A stretch of DNA of 50,476 bases, from positions 1 to 50,476 of the IMG/VR virus record IMGVR_UViG_3300037247_000358; one strand, 5' to 3'. Source of the DNA: a virus. Lineage: Duplodnaviria; Caudoviricetes. Position numbers and translations under genes: made by a program. Shown piece by piece: positions 37,656-45,553 of this stretch; position 1 is the first letter of the stretch; every line of letters begins with the position of its first letter. Under the pieces are notes generated by a model that was not told where the DNA came from, made no database searches, and saw nothing but the letters and a program-made list of their open reading frames with translations.

Positions 37656-37976
37656 ACACTAACGTACAGGCATATATGCCTGTGTGTTGGTGTTTGTGTG
37701 CTCTATCGCACGTCCCGCTTGCTAGTCCCTTCCAATCCAAAGCGCAACCAGTAAACGGCTCAAAACTGACGGGTTTCAATTATGGCGTTTTTCTCTATTC
37801 CCTATTCTATTCTTCATTTTTTTTTTTTAGATATATTGGACACCACCTGGCAATCCTTCAGATTTGAGATTATCTTTGATTGGTTACCAAGTGGTTGTAG
37901 ACTGGTTGCAGGATGCAAAGCAGGATTGGAGGGTAGTGATTGACGGTAGCTGCGCTAGAGCACACACAGCACACAG
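37656..37976 (+). other. Long nested inverted-repeat region around an AT/poly-T core; candidate replication origin or structured RNA
   Basis: 37695-37710 pairs with 37951-37966 (15/16), 37727-38 with 37923-33, 37744-52 with 37901-09; perfect palindrome at 37666-37683. Confidence 0.6.
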
Positions 37977-38025
37977 TCTCGACAATAATGTTGCTATCAC
38001 ACTGAAAGCAAGGTACTTACAGACC

Positions 38026-38054
38026 TTGACACAACAGTTCCACTGTGTGATAAT
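38026..38054 (+). promoter_or_regulatory. Sigma70-type early promoter
   Basis: TTGACA-N17-GATAAT with extended TG. Confidence 0.75.
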
Positions 38055-38078
38055 ACTCCTGTCCTACAGGAGAAACCA

Positions 38079-38450
38079 ATGACAACCAATAGCAACACCG
38101 TGAAACTTTGTAACTGCGGGAGGGAGGTACGACCGTTTCCTCATTGCATTTCATGTGGGAGTTTCAATGTTTATGGCAAGTCCACAAATTCAATCCGACT
38201 ACAACTCCCTAACACAGGGGAGGGGACTGGAAGCCCAGCAGAATACCTAACGGCTAGAGGCTTCAAGTGCCGTAGATGCCTGACGGAGTTCCATGAAGCA
38301 GAGGGTTGTGAGGCACCAGCATTTGAGAGCAAGTCAATGGCACAGAAGCGGAAGATAGATGAGGCAGGTGCCAAGCTGGGTACTGCATTGCAGGCCGCGG
38401 GCGGTAGCAGGGAGGAGCTTTTGAAACAGATGTTTGGGAAGAAGCAGTAG
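38079..38450 (+). CDS. Zn-finger protein
   Basis: CNC, CISC, CRRC; AGGAG RBS. Confidence 0.7.
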   Translation: MTTNSNTVKLCNCGREVRPFPHCISCGSFNVYGKSTNSIRLQLPNTGEGTGSPAEYLTARGFKCRRCLTEFHEAEGCEAPAFESKSMAQKRKIDEAGAKLGTALQAAGGSREELLKQMFGKKQ

Positions 38451-38490
38451 TAACGGAGCCGAAGGCAGCGACCTTCAGGAGGTAAACACA

Positions 38491-38802
38491 GTGGACGGAA
38501 AACCATCAGCGGGGGCGTTGAGGGCTGCTGAGAGTTTGATACAAAGCAATATGATTCAATGCCAAGGTATCGGCAACAGGATACGCCAAGCCCGAAAGTT
38601 GGACGCTGCCACCTTCATTGACCGCGAAACCGGCGTAGCAGAGTTGTTGGAGGCCGCAAGAGACGCAGAGGAATCACTTCGGCATGTAATAGAAGAGGCC
38701 AAAACATTTCGTAACCCACAACCCTGGAAGACTGAAATGCGTGAGGAGCGTCATACAAAACTCAGAGCCGCCATTGCCAAAGTCGAAGGCAGCGGCCATT
38801 AG
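38491..38802 (+). CDS. Hypothetical protein (start moved to GTG 38491)
   Basis: AGGAGG RBS; ELLEAA...LRAAIAKVEG phage-type ending. Confidence 0.65.
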   Translation: MDGKPSAGALRAAESLIQSNMIQCQGIGNRIRQARKLDAATFIDRETGVAELLEAARDAEESLRHVIEEAKTFRNPQPWKTEMREERHTKLRAAIAKVEGSGH

Positions 38803-38805
38803 TAC

Positions 38806-39000
38806 ATGATTCCATACACATTTGTCATACACCCACGAGATAGTTATGTAATGTGGTTCATGCACCAAAGGAGACAAGCACTACAACAGTGGTGGTCAAC
38901 AAGGAAATGGAAATGGCTGTCCTGGACAGAGTGGTGGGACGATAGACCATGGAAATGGAACAAGAAACGGAGGCAGCGGCCTCTAGAGCCTAACGGCTAA
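38806..39000 (+). CDS. Trp-rich basic small protein
   Basis: ORF fills the gap; weak RBS. Confidence 0.4.
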   Translation: MIPYTFVIHPRDSYVMWFMHQRRQALQQWWSTRKWKWLSWTEWWDDRPWKWNKKRRQRPLEPNG

Positions 39001-39016
39001 GCAAACGGAGGCAAAC

Positions 39017-39181
39017 GTGAAACACCGCAACAAAGAGCAACTGCTTGAAGCAACCAAACGCTCAGCCGTGGAATTGAAGAAGCACGAAAGCTACACAGCA
39101 TATTGGTCAGCCACAATACTGCTGCGTCGGCTCAAAAACCCCTGCCCATGCGGGCCACAATGCCCAAGGAAGGAGGCATAG
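39017..39181 (+). CDS. Hypothetical protein (54 aa, not in the ORF track)
   Basis: GGAGG RBS + GTG; ends CPCGPQC. Confidence 0.55.
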   Translation: MKHRNKEQLLEATKRSAVELKKHESYTAYWSATILLRRLKNPCPCGPQCPRKEA

Positions 39182-39182
39182 C

Positions 39183-39398
39183 GTGGATGCCCTAGAGTAT
39201 AAAGCCGTTGCCGAAGGCATCAGAACCGCCCTCTACGATATGGAGGACTGGCCAGAACAGAGCATTGTGACGACGGTCACAGGCAGAATTGTAGAGAGGC
39301 TGTGCCAACAGTTCACCAGCCATGATAAGGACTTCAACCGTAAAATGTTCACTGACGCAATCTACGAAGAGGCATCGGATGAGGACATCCCGTTCTGA
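39183..39398 (+). CDS. Hypothetical protein with acidic DEDIPF tail
   Basis: AGGAGG RBS. Confidence 0.65.
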   Translation: MDALEYKAVAEGIRTALYDMEDWPEQSIVTTVTGRIVERLCQQFTSHDKDFNRKMFTDAIYEEASDEDIPF

Positions 39399-39413
39399 AG
39401 GAGAAGCCGTGGC

Positions 39414-39512
39414 ATGAGAACTTGCAAGAATTGCGGGAAGCTGTACCCCGTACACAACTGGGCAGATATGCTGTCGCAGACCTGTCCAAAATGCAGGGAG
39501 GTGAAACCGTGA
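39414..39512 (+). CDS. 32-aa zinc ribbon (CKNC...CPKC; not in the ORF track)
   Basis: MRTCKNCGKLYPVHNWADMLSQTCPKCREVKP; GTGA coupling to the next gene. Confidence 0.55.
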   Translation: MRTCKNCGKLYPVHNWADMLSQTCPKCREVKP

Positions 39513-39730
39513 CAATCGACAAGGCCAAACGGGCACTACACCGCGGCAACGGTATCCAAGTCAGTAAGCTAGAGTACAAGGAGCCAACGCTGTTCCATGG
39601 CATCCTAGCAACCAGCAGGGGCCCAGTCCTAGTTGGTTGGATTAACATAAAACACCGTTTTCCAAGACACAGACTATTAGCCGCTGCGCTTAGTGACGCA
39701 GTGGTTGTTCCACGAAAGGAGTTGTTATGA
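39509..39730 (+). CDS. Hypothetical protein (start moved to GTG 39509)
   Basis: GGAGGT RBS. Confidence 0.55.
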   Translation: MTIDKAKRALHRGNGIQVSKLEYKEPTLFHGILATSRGPVLVGWINIKHRFPRHRLLAAALSDAVVVPRKELL

Positions 39731-39984
39731 CTGAGAAAACCAAAGAACTACGTAGGCATAGGCAATGCCTACAAAAGTTTGGGCCGAAGAAAGCAGGACA
39801 CCCATCCATAGGGGAAGAATGCCCTGCGTGCCATCGGAACTTTGACGAAGGCGACTTCACAACTCTCATTTCTCTAGGTCCAGGTAACTGGATGGACGAA
39901 CGAAGAAAGGCCCGTCAGGGTAGGCCATACAGTGCAGTAGCAGTTTTAGTTCACTACGCCTGCGCGACAGGATGGGAGGAGTAA
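39727..39984 (+). CDS. Zn-binding protein (CPAC...HYAC)
   Basis: ATGA coupling; RBS. Confidence 0.65.
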   Translation: MTEKTKELRRHRQCLQKFGPKKAGHPSIGEECPACHRNFDEGDFTTLISLGPGNWMDERRKARQGRPYSAVAVLVHYACATGWEE

Positions 39985-39985
39985 C

Positions 39986-40186
39986 ATGACACTTCAGAAC
40001 GGTGACGAAACAACACTTGGCAGTGTTGCCATCAGGCCACTGCCCAGCTTGGCAATGCTAAACCACTGTGCTGTCTGCGACGGCCCGGCGGAGTTTGGCA
40101 TCTACCGGACGGTAGAAGGAGTGGAGGTGCTAACGGCGGTGGTGTGCGGAGAACATACAGTTCGTCCGAAGGAGTCAACAGCATGA
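39986..40186 (+). CDS. Zn-binding protein (CAVC...CGEH)
   Basis: GGAGGAG RBS. Confidence 0.65.
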   Translation: MTLQNGDETTLGSVAIRPLPSLAMLNHCAVCDGPAEFGIYRTVEGVEVLTAVVCGEHTVRPKESTA

Positions 40187-40217
40187 CAACACCAAACCGT
40201 TCACAGAGTAAACACTT

Positions 40218-40454
40218 ATGTTAATGGTCTGTCGGCGCTGCGGTGACAGGAAGCCGCTATGCAGCGGTTGTTCCAAGCCAACCCCTAAACTCAGGGTGAA
40301 CGGAGCAGGGTTTATCAGTTGCACCAACCAAAACTGCCACAGGTACCAAAAGATTGTGCCAGAGGCCGAAGGCGGAGTCAGGGACATAATTTGTCTATCC
40401 TGCGTCACAGAACAAGCTAGTCAAGTTACTGAAAACAAAGAAGAAGCGGAGTAG
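40218..40454 (+). CDS. Cys-rich double Zn-finger protein
   Basis: CRRC, CSGC, C-x4-C, CLSC. Confidence 0.55.
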   Translation: MLMVCRRCGDRKPLCSGCSKPTPKLRVNGAGFISCTNQNCHRYQKIVPEAEGGVRDIICLSCVTEQASQVTENKEEAE

Positions 40455-40472
40455 CAACTCGGCAGAAACTTC

Positions 40473-40500
40473 TTGACACAGCTTCGCTATAAGCTATAAT
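40473..40500 (+). promoter_or_regulatory. Consensus sigma70 promoter
   Basis: TTGACA-N16-TATAAT. Confidence 0.85.
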
Positions 40501-40547
40501 AGTTTTGTGAGAAGTAACACTAACCCAACTAGGAGGCAAAAGCCAAC

Positions 40548-40991
40548 ATGAAAACCCGTGCAGTTACCTACGTAGTGACAGGCGAAGGCGATGACCGTTC
40601 AATCGCCACCGAAAAGGCGTTTGACAAACAGGTAAAGGCCGCAAAGGAAGCCGGAGGCGAAGAGCCCACTTTCAGTGCTGTCCAAACCTTCCAGGTCTAC
40701 GAGGTGGAAAACACCGAAGAGTTCCTGGAACTCGTCACCAATGAAGAAGAGCAGAAGAACATCATCAACCGTGCCTTGGTTCTCAAGCAGCAACAGGGGG
40801 CCCGGGCAATCCTGCTTGCGGACAACTTCGAGCAGGTTGAGGGCACTTACGACCTCAGAGAACTCTGCGGAGAACTCCGAGAGCGGCGTGCCGCAACACC
40901 GGCAGAGAAGGCACTCAGCGCCTTGGGCAAGCTGTCGCCAGAGGAACTGGCCGCAGTGATGCAGCAGTTCCAAGCCGCATCGGCGGGGTAG
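40548..40991 (+). CDS. Acidic hypothetical protein, probably highly expressed
   Basis: Own consensus promoter, AGGAGG RBS and downstream terminator. Confidence 0.8.
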   Translation: MKTRAVTYVVTGEGDDRSIATEKAFDKQVKAAKEAGGEEPTFSAVQTFQVYEVENTEEFLELVTNEEEQKNIINRALVLKQQQGARAILLADNFEQVEGTYDLRELCGELRERRAATPAEKALSALGKLSPEELAAVMQQFQAASAG

Positions 40992-41047
40992 TATTAACTA
41001 CCAACCCGACTAAGCTGCAAATTGCCGGGTGGTGTAGTCTAGCGACT

Positions 41048-41068
41048 ATGCCATCCGGCATTTTTGTT
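41048..41068 (+). terminator. Possible intrinsic terminator
   Basis: ATGCC-ATCC-GGCAT followed by a T-run. Confidence 0.45.
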
Positions 41069-41146
41069 GCCAACTCAAGTGCATTGCACTGAAGGAGCAC
41101 AGCAAAAATTGCTTGTAAGTCCTTGCAAAGACACTAGATAGAGTCC

Positions 41147-41176
41147 TTGACAGGACGAGTGACTCTGTGCTATCTT
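41147..41176 (+). promoter_or_regulatory. Sigma70-type promoter
   Basis: TTGACA-N18-TATCTT with extended TG. Confidence 0.65.
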
Positions 41177-41213
41177 GGCAGAACAGCACGCTTTAGTGTG
41201 GAGGATAAGAACT

Positions 41214-41666
41214 TTGTCGCATAAGTGTAGAATCTGGTACGACACCGACGTAAGTGCCTATCGGTTCTCCTGTTCCTACAGCCGGAACTTCATTGAAGCA
41301 ATAAAAGCCCTAATACCTGCCAGTGACCGCGCATATGATGACCAAACCAAAATATGGCTGTTCTCCGAACGGTTCTTCGACGCCGTAGCCGGTTTGGCCA
41401 AGAAGGTTTACGGGCCTAGCTACGTTTCTATTCTAACCCGACAACAAGCTGAGGCCAATACCCAAAAAGGTATTGCTAGAGGCATCAACGGCAAAATCGA
41501 AGACACTTTCATAGTCTTTGTCAAGCTGCTGCCATTCAATGCCGCGGCCAAGGCGTACCGGCAAGCTGCCATCGAGATGCACCCTGACAGGGGCGGCAAC
41601 CCAGAGCAAATGGCCCGGCTGAATGAGGTTTGGAGTAGAATCAAGAAGGAGTTTTACAAACAATGA
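41214..41666 (+). CDS. J-domain (DnaJ-like) protein with HARP-like N-terminal domain
   Basis: KAYRQAAIEMHPDRGG.PEQMARLNE.W; N-terminal YSRNFIEAIK..IP...RAYD..TKIW; GGAGG RBS before TTG 41214. Confidence 0.85.
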   Translation: MSHKCRIWYDTDVSAYRFSCSYSRNFIEAIKALIPASDRAYDDQTKIWLFSERFFDAVAGLAKKVYGPSYVSILTRQQAEANTQKGIARGINGKIEDTFIVFVKLLPFNAAAKAYRQAAIEMHPDRGGNPEQMARLNEVWSRIKKEFYKQ

Positions 41667-41902
41667 CCAGAATAAACACCGAAAGAATACCTCAACCATA
41701 CCGCAACAGGCTCATGGTCGACACAGGCAAGCTGTACCGAATCTACACCTTTCACATCAGGGTGTTACGATATTTCATGGCCCGCGACGAAATGAATGCC
41801 CTACTGCATGAGGATGCCCCGAAGTGGTCTCCACTTACAGAAACAGCCGAAATTATGAAGGTGGAACTGGAAGAACTCCTTAGGGAGGGGGACAAAAAGT
41901 GA
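41663..41902 (+). CDS. Hypothetical protein (79 aa)
   Basis: ATGA/GTGA coupling on both sides. Confidence 0.6.
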   Translation: MTRINTERIPQPYRNRLMVDTGKLYRIYTFHIRVLRYFMARDEMNALLHEDAPKWSPLTETAEIMKVELEELLREGDKK

Positions 41903-42609
41903 CCGACAAACTAGACAAACCAAAGGCTGCACTGCCCACAACAGTACACCGAATCAAACTACCTGGCCTGCACAGCCGTCTCTACAAATCACAACAGAGC
42001 ATTACCAACAACCCCCCGGAATCCATGCCCAACCGCATCTGCATCCTACCGGATTGTTCTGGCTCCATGGGTAGTAGCGTCAGTGATAACCCAAACAAAT
42101 CGAAGATGGACTACCTAAAAGAGGCCGTTGAAAGTTTCGGTGAAAACTGCAAGTGGTCAGAGACCTCCGTCGCCGTAGTCTCCTTCCCATCCGATGTAAC
42201 AGAGTTACCACTCACCAACCAACAGGGTATGTTCGTCGCAGGCATCACAACCCTGAAAGTTTCCGGTGACACTCCGATGGGACATTCAATGGCCTTTGCC
42301 ATTGAAACTGTGCCAATGACAAGGGCCATCATCATCAGTGACGGCGAAGCCACTGACACCCCGCTACCGAGTGAAACTGCACGCCAGTATGCAGAGGCAA
42401 AGATTCCCATTGACTGTGTTCACATTGGGTACGACCAAAGGGGAGAGGGGCTACTACAGGAGATTGCCAAGGTTACTGGGGGGAAGTATATTAAATTTGA
42501 CAACGTGGCAAACTTTGCGAAGGCACTCAAGTATCTGACACCAGCGTACCGAGCGTTGCTGGAAGCACCAAGTGCGGCGGAAATTCTTGGGGCAAAGGAG
42601 GTGAAATAG
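41899..42609 (+). CDS. von Willebrand factor A domain protein
   Basis: MIDAS DCSGSM, GDTPM, IIISDGE, LLQEIA..TGGKY. Confidence 0.9.
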   Translation: MTDKLDKPKAALPTTVHRIKLPGLHSRLYKSQQSITNNPPESMPNRICILPDCSGSMGSSVSDNPNKSKMDYLKEAVESFGENCKWSETSVAVVSFPSDVTELPLTNQQGMFVAGITTLKVSGDTPMGHSMAFAIETVPMTRAIIISDGEATDTPLPSETARQYAEAKIPIDCVHIGYDQRGEGLLQEIAKVTGGKYIKFDNVANFAKALKYLTPAYRALLEAPSAAEILGAKEVK

Positions 42610-42610
42610 C

Positions 42611-42817
42611 ATGGACCGCTCCAAGATGATAGAAAGGCTACAAGGCTGGGCCGCAACCCTAACAGAGGCACCAAAGACCCCAAACGCAGAGTTGTCACAG
42701 CTTCTCCGCAATTCGCCGGAATCGAGATACATTATATTGTCCTACAACCTCGCCCATATGTGGGCAGCAGATATGCTGGAGATTGTAACAGAACTAGAAG
42801 AATCGGAGGTAGTATGA
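42611..42817 (+). CDS. Hypothetical protein (68 aa)
   Basis: AGGAGG RBS. Confidence 0.6.
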   Translation: MDRSKMIERLQGWAATLTEAPKTPNAELSQLLRNSPESRYIILSYNLAHMWAADMLEIVTELEESEVV

Positions 42818-43215
42818 ACGGAGAACAGCTACATCTATCACCGGCAGAGTCCGGTGATTTGTACGTAACCAAACAACACGTTGCTGGAGTAATTACATCC
42901 GGCGGACGCCCAATCAAGATTCACGTCCGTGGTAAAGCTAAGCAACGCTACAAACGCCATGTAACTGGCCGCAAGGCTCCGTATGGCACACAGACGAAGC
43001 ACCACTACATGCTGTTACACTGTCCCAGGTGCGGACGAAGGATACTTAGCATTTACCGAATACGGCACACTTATAAATCAATCCACAATTGGTTGAGAAA
43101 AGCCTTCAACGCGGAGAGGTACTTCAAACGGCCAACCTTGTCGTTGAGTTGGTACACCGACAACAAGAAAAGACTTCTTTACGATACAAGCCTATTTGAG
43201 GGAGGTAATACATGA
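42814..43215 (+). CDS. Basic hypothetical protein with CPRC motif (start moved to MNGEQ)
   Basis: GGAGG RBS; ATGA coupling. Confidence 0.6.
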   Translation: MNGEQLHLSPAESGDLYVTKQHVAGVITSGGRPIKIHVRGKAKQRYKRHVTGRKAPYGTQTKHHYMLLHCPRCGRRILSIYRIRHTYKSIHNWLRKAFNAERYFKRPTLSLSWYTDNKKRLLYDTSLFEGGNT

Positions 43216-43496
43216 CCGTCTGGATAATCAAACGGCTACGAGTACAAGCCCTTGCAGGGTGGTTGTTGGTATGTATTCTAGCAACCATGCTGTATGCAGA
43301 ACGGAGAGTAAATGCAGGTCTGGTGGTTGAAGCATTCAGCATCCTAACCGTTGCTGAGAGCAATGCAGCTATGCTCACCGTGAGCAACACTACACTGGCA
43401 GAGTGCAATGAATACTTTGACCAGTACATCTCCCATATGAGAGCGGAGGGAGAATGGTTGGAGGTAATAGCAGAGGCTACGGACGTGACTAAATGA
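43212..43496 (+). CDS. Single-TM membrane protein directly upstream of FtsK
   Basis: ALAGWLLVCILATMLYA; ATGA coupling to both neighbours. Confidence 0.6.
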   Translation: MTVWIIKRLRVQALAGWLLVCILATMLYAERRVNAGLVVEAFSILTVAESNAAMLTVSNTTLAECNEYFDQYISHMRAEGEWLEVIAEATDVTK

Positions 43497-44605
43497 CCCC
43501 CGAACAAATCAACGTAGTTGCCAAGGTAACCCTGAAACTACATGAGCTTGGCTTCGAGGCTGAGTTCCAACCGCCAATATCCATTGGCCCAATCATTTCA
43601 GTCTATCGTTACCTGCCAAAGGGCAGGACGAAGGTCACAAACATCGAAAGCCTGGCGGCAGACTTTGCAGTTACACTTGGTGTTGAGGATGTCTTTGTCA
43701 AGCGGCTGCCTGGCGAGACCTCTGTAGGAGTTTACGTTCCCAACAAAGACCGCAAGTGGGTCCCATGGACACAAATTGTGAACGAAGTCTGGGCACACAG
43801 AGCCAAAGTCCCCGTGCCGCTGGGTTTCGGTGTAACTCACCTTGGTGAACCGTTCGTTGAAGACTTGACAGCGTTGCCACACCTGCTGATAGCCGGAAGT
43901 ACCGGCTCTGGCAAATCCATACTACTAAGCGCCATGATTGCCAGTATTGTTTACAGTGTAAACAGTTCGGATGTTAAGTTTGTACTCAGTGACAGCAAAC
44001 ACGGTGCAGAGTTTGGCTACTTTGCAGGGTCCCCACACCTACTGTTTGAGCCTGCCACTAGCGTTTATCAAACCATGGAGCAACTGGATTGGATTCTCTC
44101 CGAGCTAGACGACAGGATGAAATCCATAGCCAAAGCAAGTTGTAGGAACATCAAGGAATACCACGAGCGTGGCTTCAAGATGCCATTCATCGTAATTGTC
44201 CTCGATGAACTAGCAGATTTGCTGTCGTTCCGTGTTGGCAAAAGGAACGAAAAGGCAGCTGAAGAGAAACTTCAGAAGATTGTGCAGAAAAGCCGAGCCA
44301 CTGGCATCCACATGATTGCTGCTACGCAGAGACCAGATGTAAAGGTGGTTAGTGGAACGATTAAAGCCAACTTCCCTGCCAGGCTGAGCCTGCGACTACC
44401 AACCAGTGCAGACAGTAAAACAGTGCTCGGCACCGGCGGAGCCGAGCATTTGCTTAGCAAGGGAGACATGCTATTCATTAGTCCAAACAGGCCAGGAATG
44501 TTGAGGCTCCACGCCCCGTGGGTGGAACTGGATGATATAAAGGCCGCTGTGGACATGAGTGTTCAGAGGGAAAAACTACAACAGGGGGTGTCAGATGGCA
44601 ACTGA
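43493..44605 (+). CDS. FtsK/SpoIIIE-family DNA translocase, alpha+beta motor domains only
   Basis: GPIISVY (alpha domain), PHLLIAGSTGSGKS, IVIVLDELADL, KSRATGIHMIAATQRP, GAEHLL.KGDML. Confidence 0.92.
   Translation: MTPEQINVVAKVTLKLHELGFEAEFQPPISIGPIISVYRYLPKGRTKVTNIESLAADFAVTLGVEDVFVKRLPGETSVGVYVPNKDRKWVPWTQIVNEVWAHRAKVPVPLGFGVTHLGEPFVEDLTALPHLLIAGSTGSGKSILLSAMIASIVYSVNSSDVKFVLSDSKHGAEFGYFAGSPHLLFEPATSVYQTMEQLDWILSELDDRMKSIAKASCRNIKEYHERGFKMPFIVIVLDELADLLSFRVGKRNEKAAEEKLQKIVQKSRATGIHMIAATQRPDVKVVSGTIKANFPARLSLRLPTSADSKTVLGTGGAEHLLSKGDMLFISPNRPGMLRLHAPWVELDDIKAAVDMSVQREKLQQGVSDGN
43948..43964. promoter_or_regulatory. TGTTTA-N5-TAAACA palindrome, site 5 (parS-like), inside the FtsK CDS
   Basis: TGTTTACAGTGTAAACA-GTTCGGA; 23/24 identical to the reverse complement of 18441..18464. 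Confidence 0.75.
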
Positions 44606-44807
44606 GGCTCCAACCAATGAAAAAATGGCCACGTTACAGGGCAGGTACAGCATCATGCCCCTAACGGAGAGGGACCTAGTAATGCACCATATAATCGGCA
44701 GGAACAAGGCAAGAGTCTGGTCACAAAAACCACCTGACTTTTGGGGCGACTTTGAAAGGGCCCTTGACTATGTACAGCACCTAATGAAGAACGTGATAAC
44801 CACATGA
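44595..44807 (+). CDS. Hypothetical protein
   Basis: Start moved to MATEAP; coupled to next gene. Confidence 0.55.
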   Translation: MATEAPTNEKMATLQGRYSIMPLTERDLVMHHIIGRNKARVWSQKPPDFWGDFERALDYVQHLMKNVITT

Positions 44808-45094
44808 AATCCTTTCTCGTCCTCGACCCCAACTACGACGACAGCCTCTTGCCAAAGAACAAGGCGATGACAGTTTTCGTCATCAGCAAATCTAACCAAG
44901 AGATTGTCAAAACCACTGTGGTAGAGCGCGGGGCGCTACCGGATTGGTACTTCGGTGTAGTCAAGGCGTACCCCAGTAGCCTCTACATGATTGTAGCCTG
45001 CAACATCAGCATAGCCGGTACAATACTGGGGTTTGCAACCGAAGAGGAGTTTAAGAAAGCAAACCTGCCGTTTGGAACAACAACAATTCAGTGA
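44804..45094 (+). CDS. Hypothetical protein (96 aa)
   Basis: ATGA coupling. Confidence 0.6.
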   Translation: MKSFLVLDPNYDDSLLPKNKAMTVFVISKSNQEIVKTTVVERGALPDWYFGVVKAYPSSLYMIVACNISIAGTILGFATEEEFKKANLPFGTTTIQ

Positions 45095-45104
45095 GGAGGA
45101 AAGA

Positions 45105-45488
45105 ATGACACAGTATATACCCTTTAACAATTACCTAGTGAAAGCCCTAGCACTTCAGTTGGATGGCGAGACTGAGAATCTAAAAACGCTGCACCGCGAC
45201 TTCAAAGAGCAAAGACTCTCTACAGCCGACTACACCGAGGTTGCCGAACAACTACTCGATTCAACCACCGCACTATACAGCGTGGTCTTTGACCTGGTGT
45301 CCACAATTTGGAACATCAACCGTCCAGCAGACCATCCGCTCAAATCGTTTCCGCCAAGGGCTGCTACAGTTAGGCATGAAATGGAACAAATCTCCGTTAT
45401 GCTGACGCTCAAAGCCATGTCACAGAAGGAGCAAGATGAAATCTTTGCCAAACTGGGCCAAAAGACACAGGCCGAGGACAAGAGCTAA
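45105..45488 (+). CDS. Hypothetical helical protein (start moved to MTQYIP)
   Basis: GAGGAGG RBS. Confidence 0.65.
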   Translation: MTQYIPFNNYLVKALALQLDGETENLKTLHRDFKEQRLSTADYTEVAEQLLDSTTALYSVVFDLVSTIWNINRPADHPLKSFPPRAATVRHEMEQISVMLTLKAMSQKEQDEIFAKLGQKTQAEDKS

Positions 45489-45517
45489 GCTATTGAAAAC
45501 AAAAGAGAAAAAACTCC

Positions 45518-45547
45518 TTGACAGATGCAATGCAAATCTGCTACAAT
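45518..45547 (+). promoter_or_regulatory. Sigma70-type promoter
   Basis: TTGACA-N18-TACAAT with extended TG. Confidence 0.7.
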
Positions 45548-45553
45548 CCTGCC

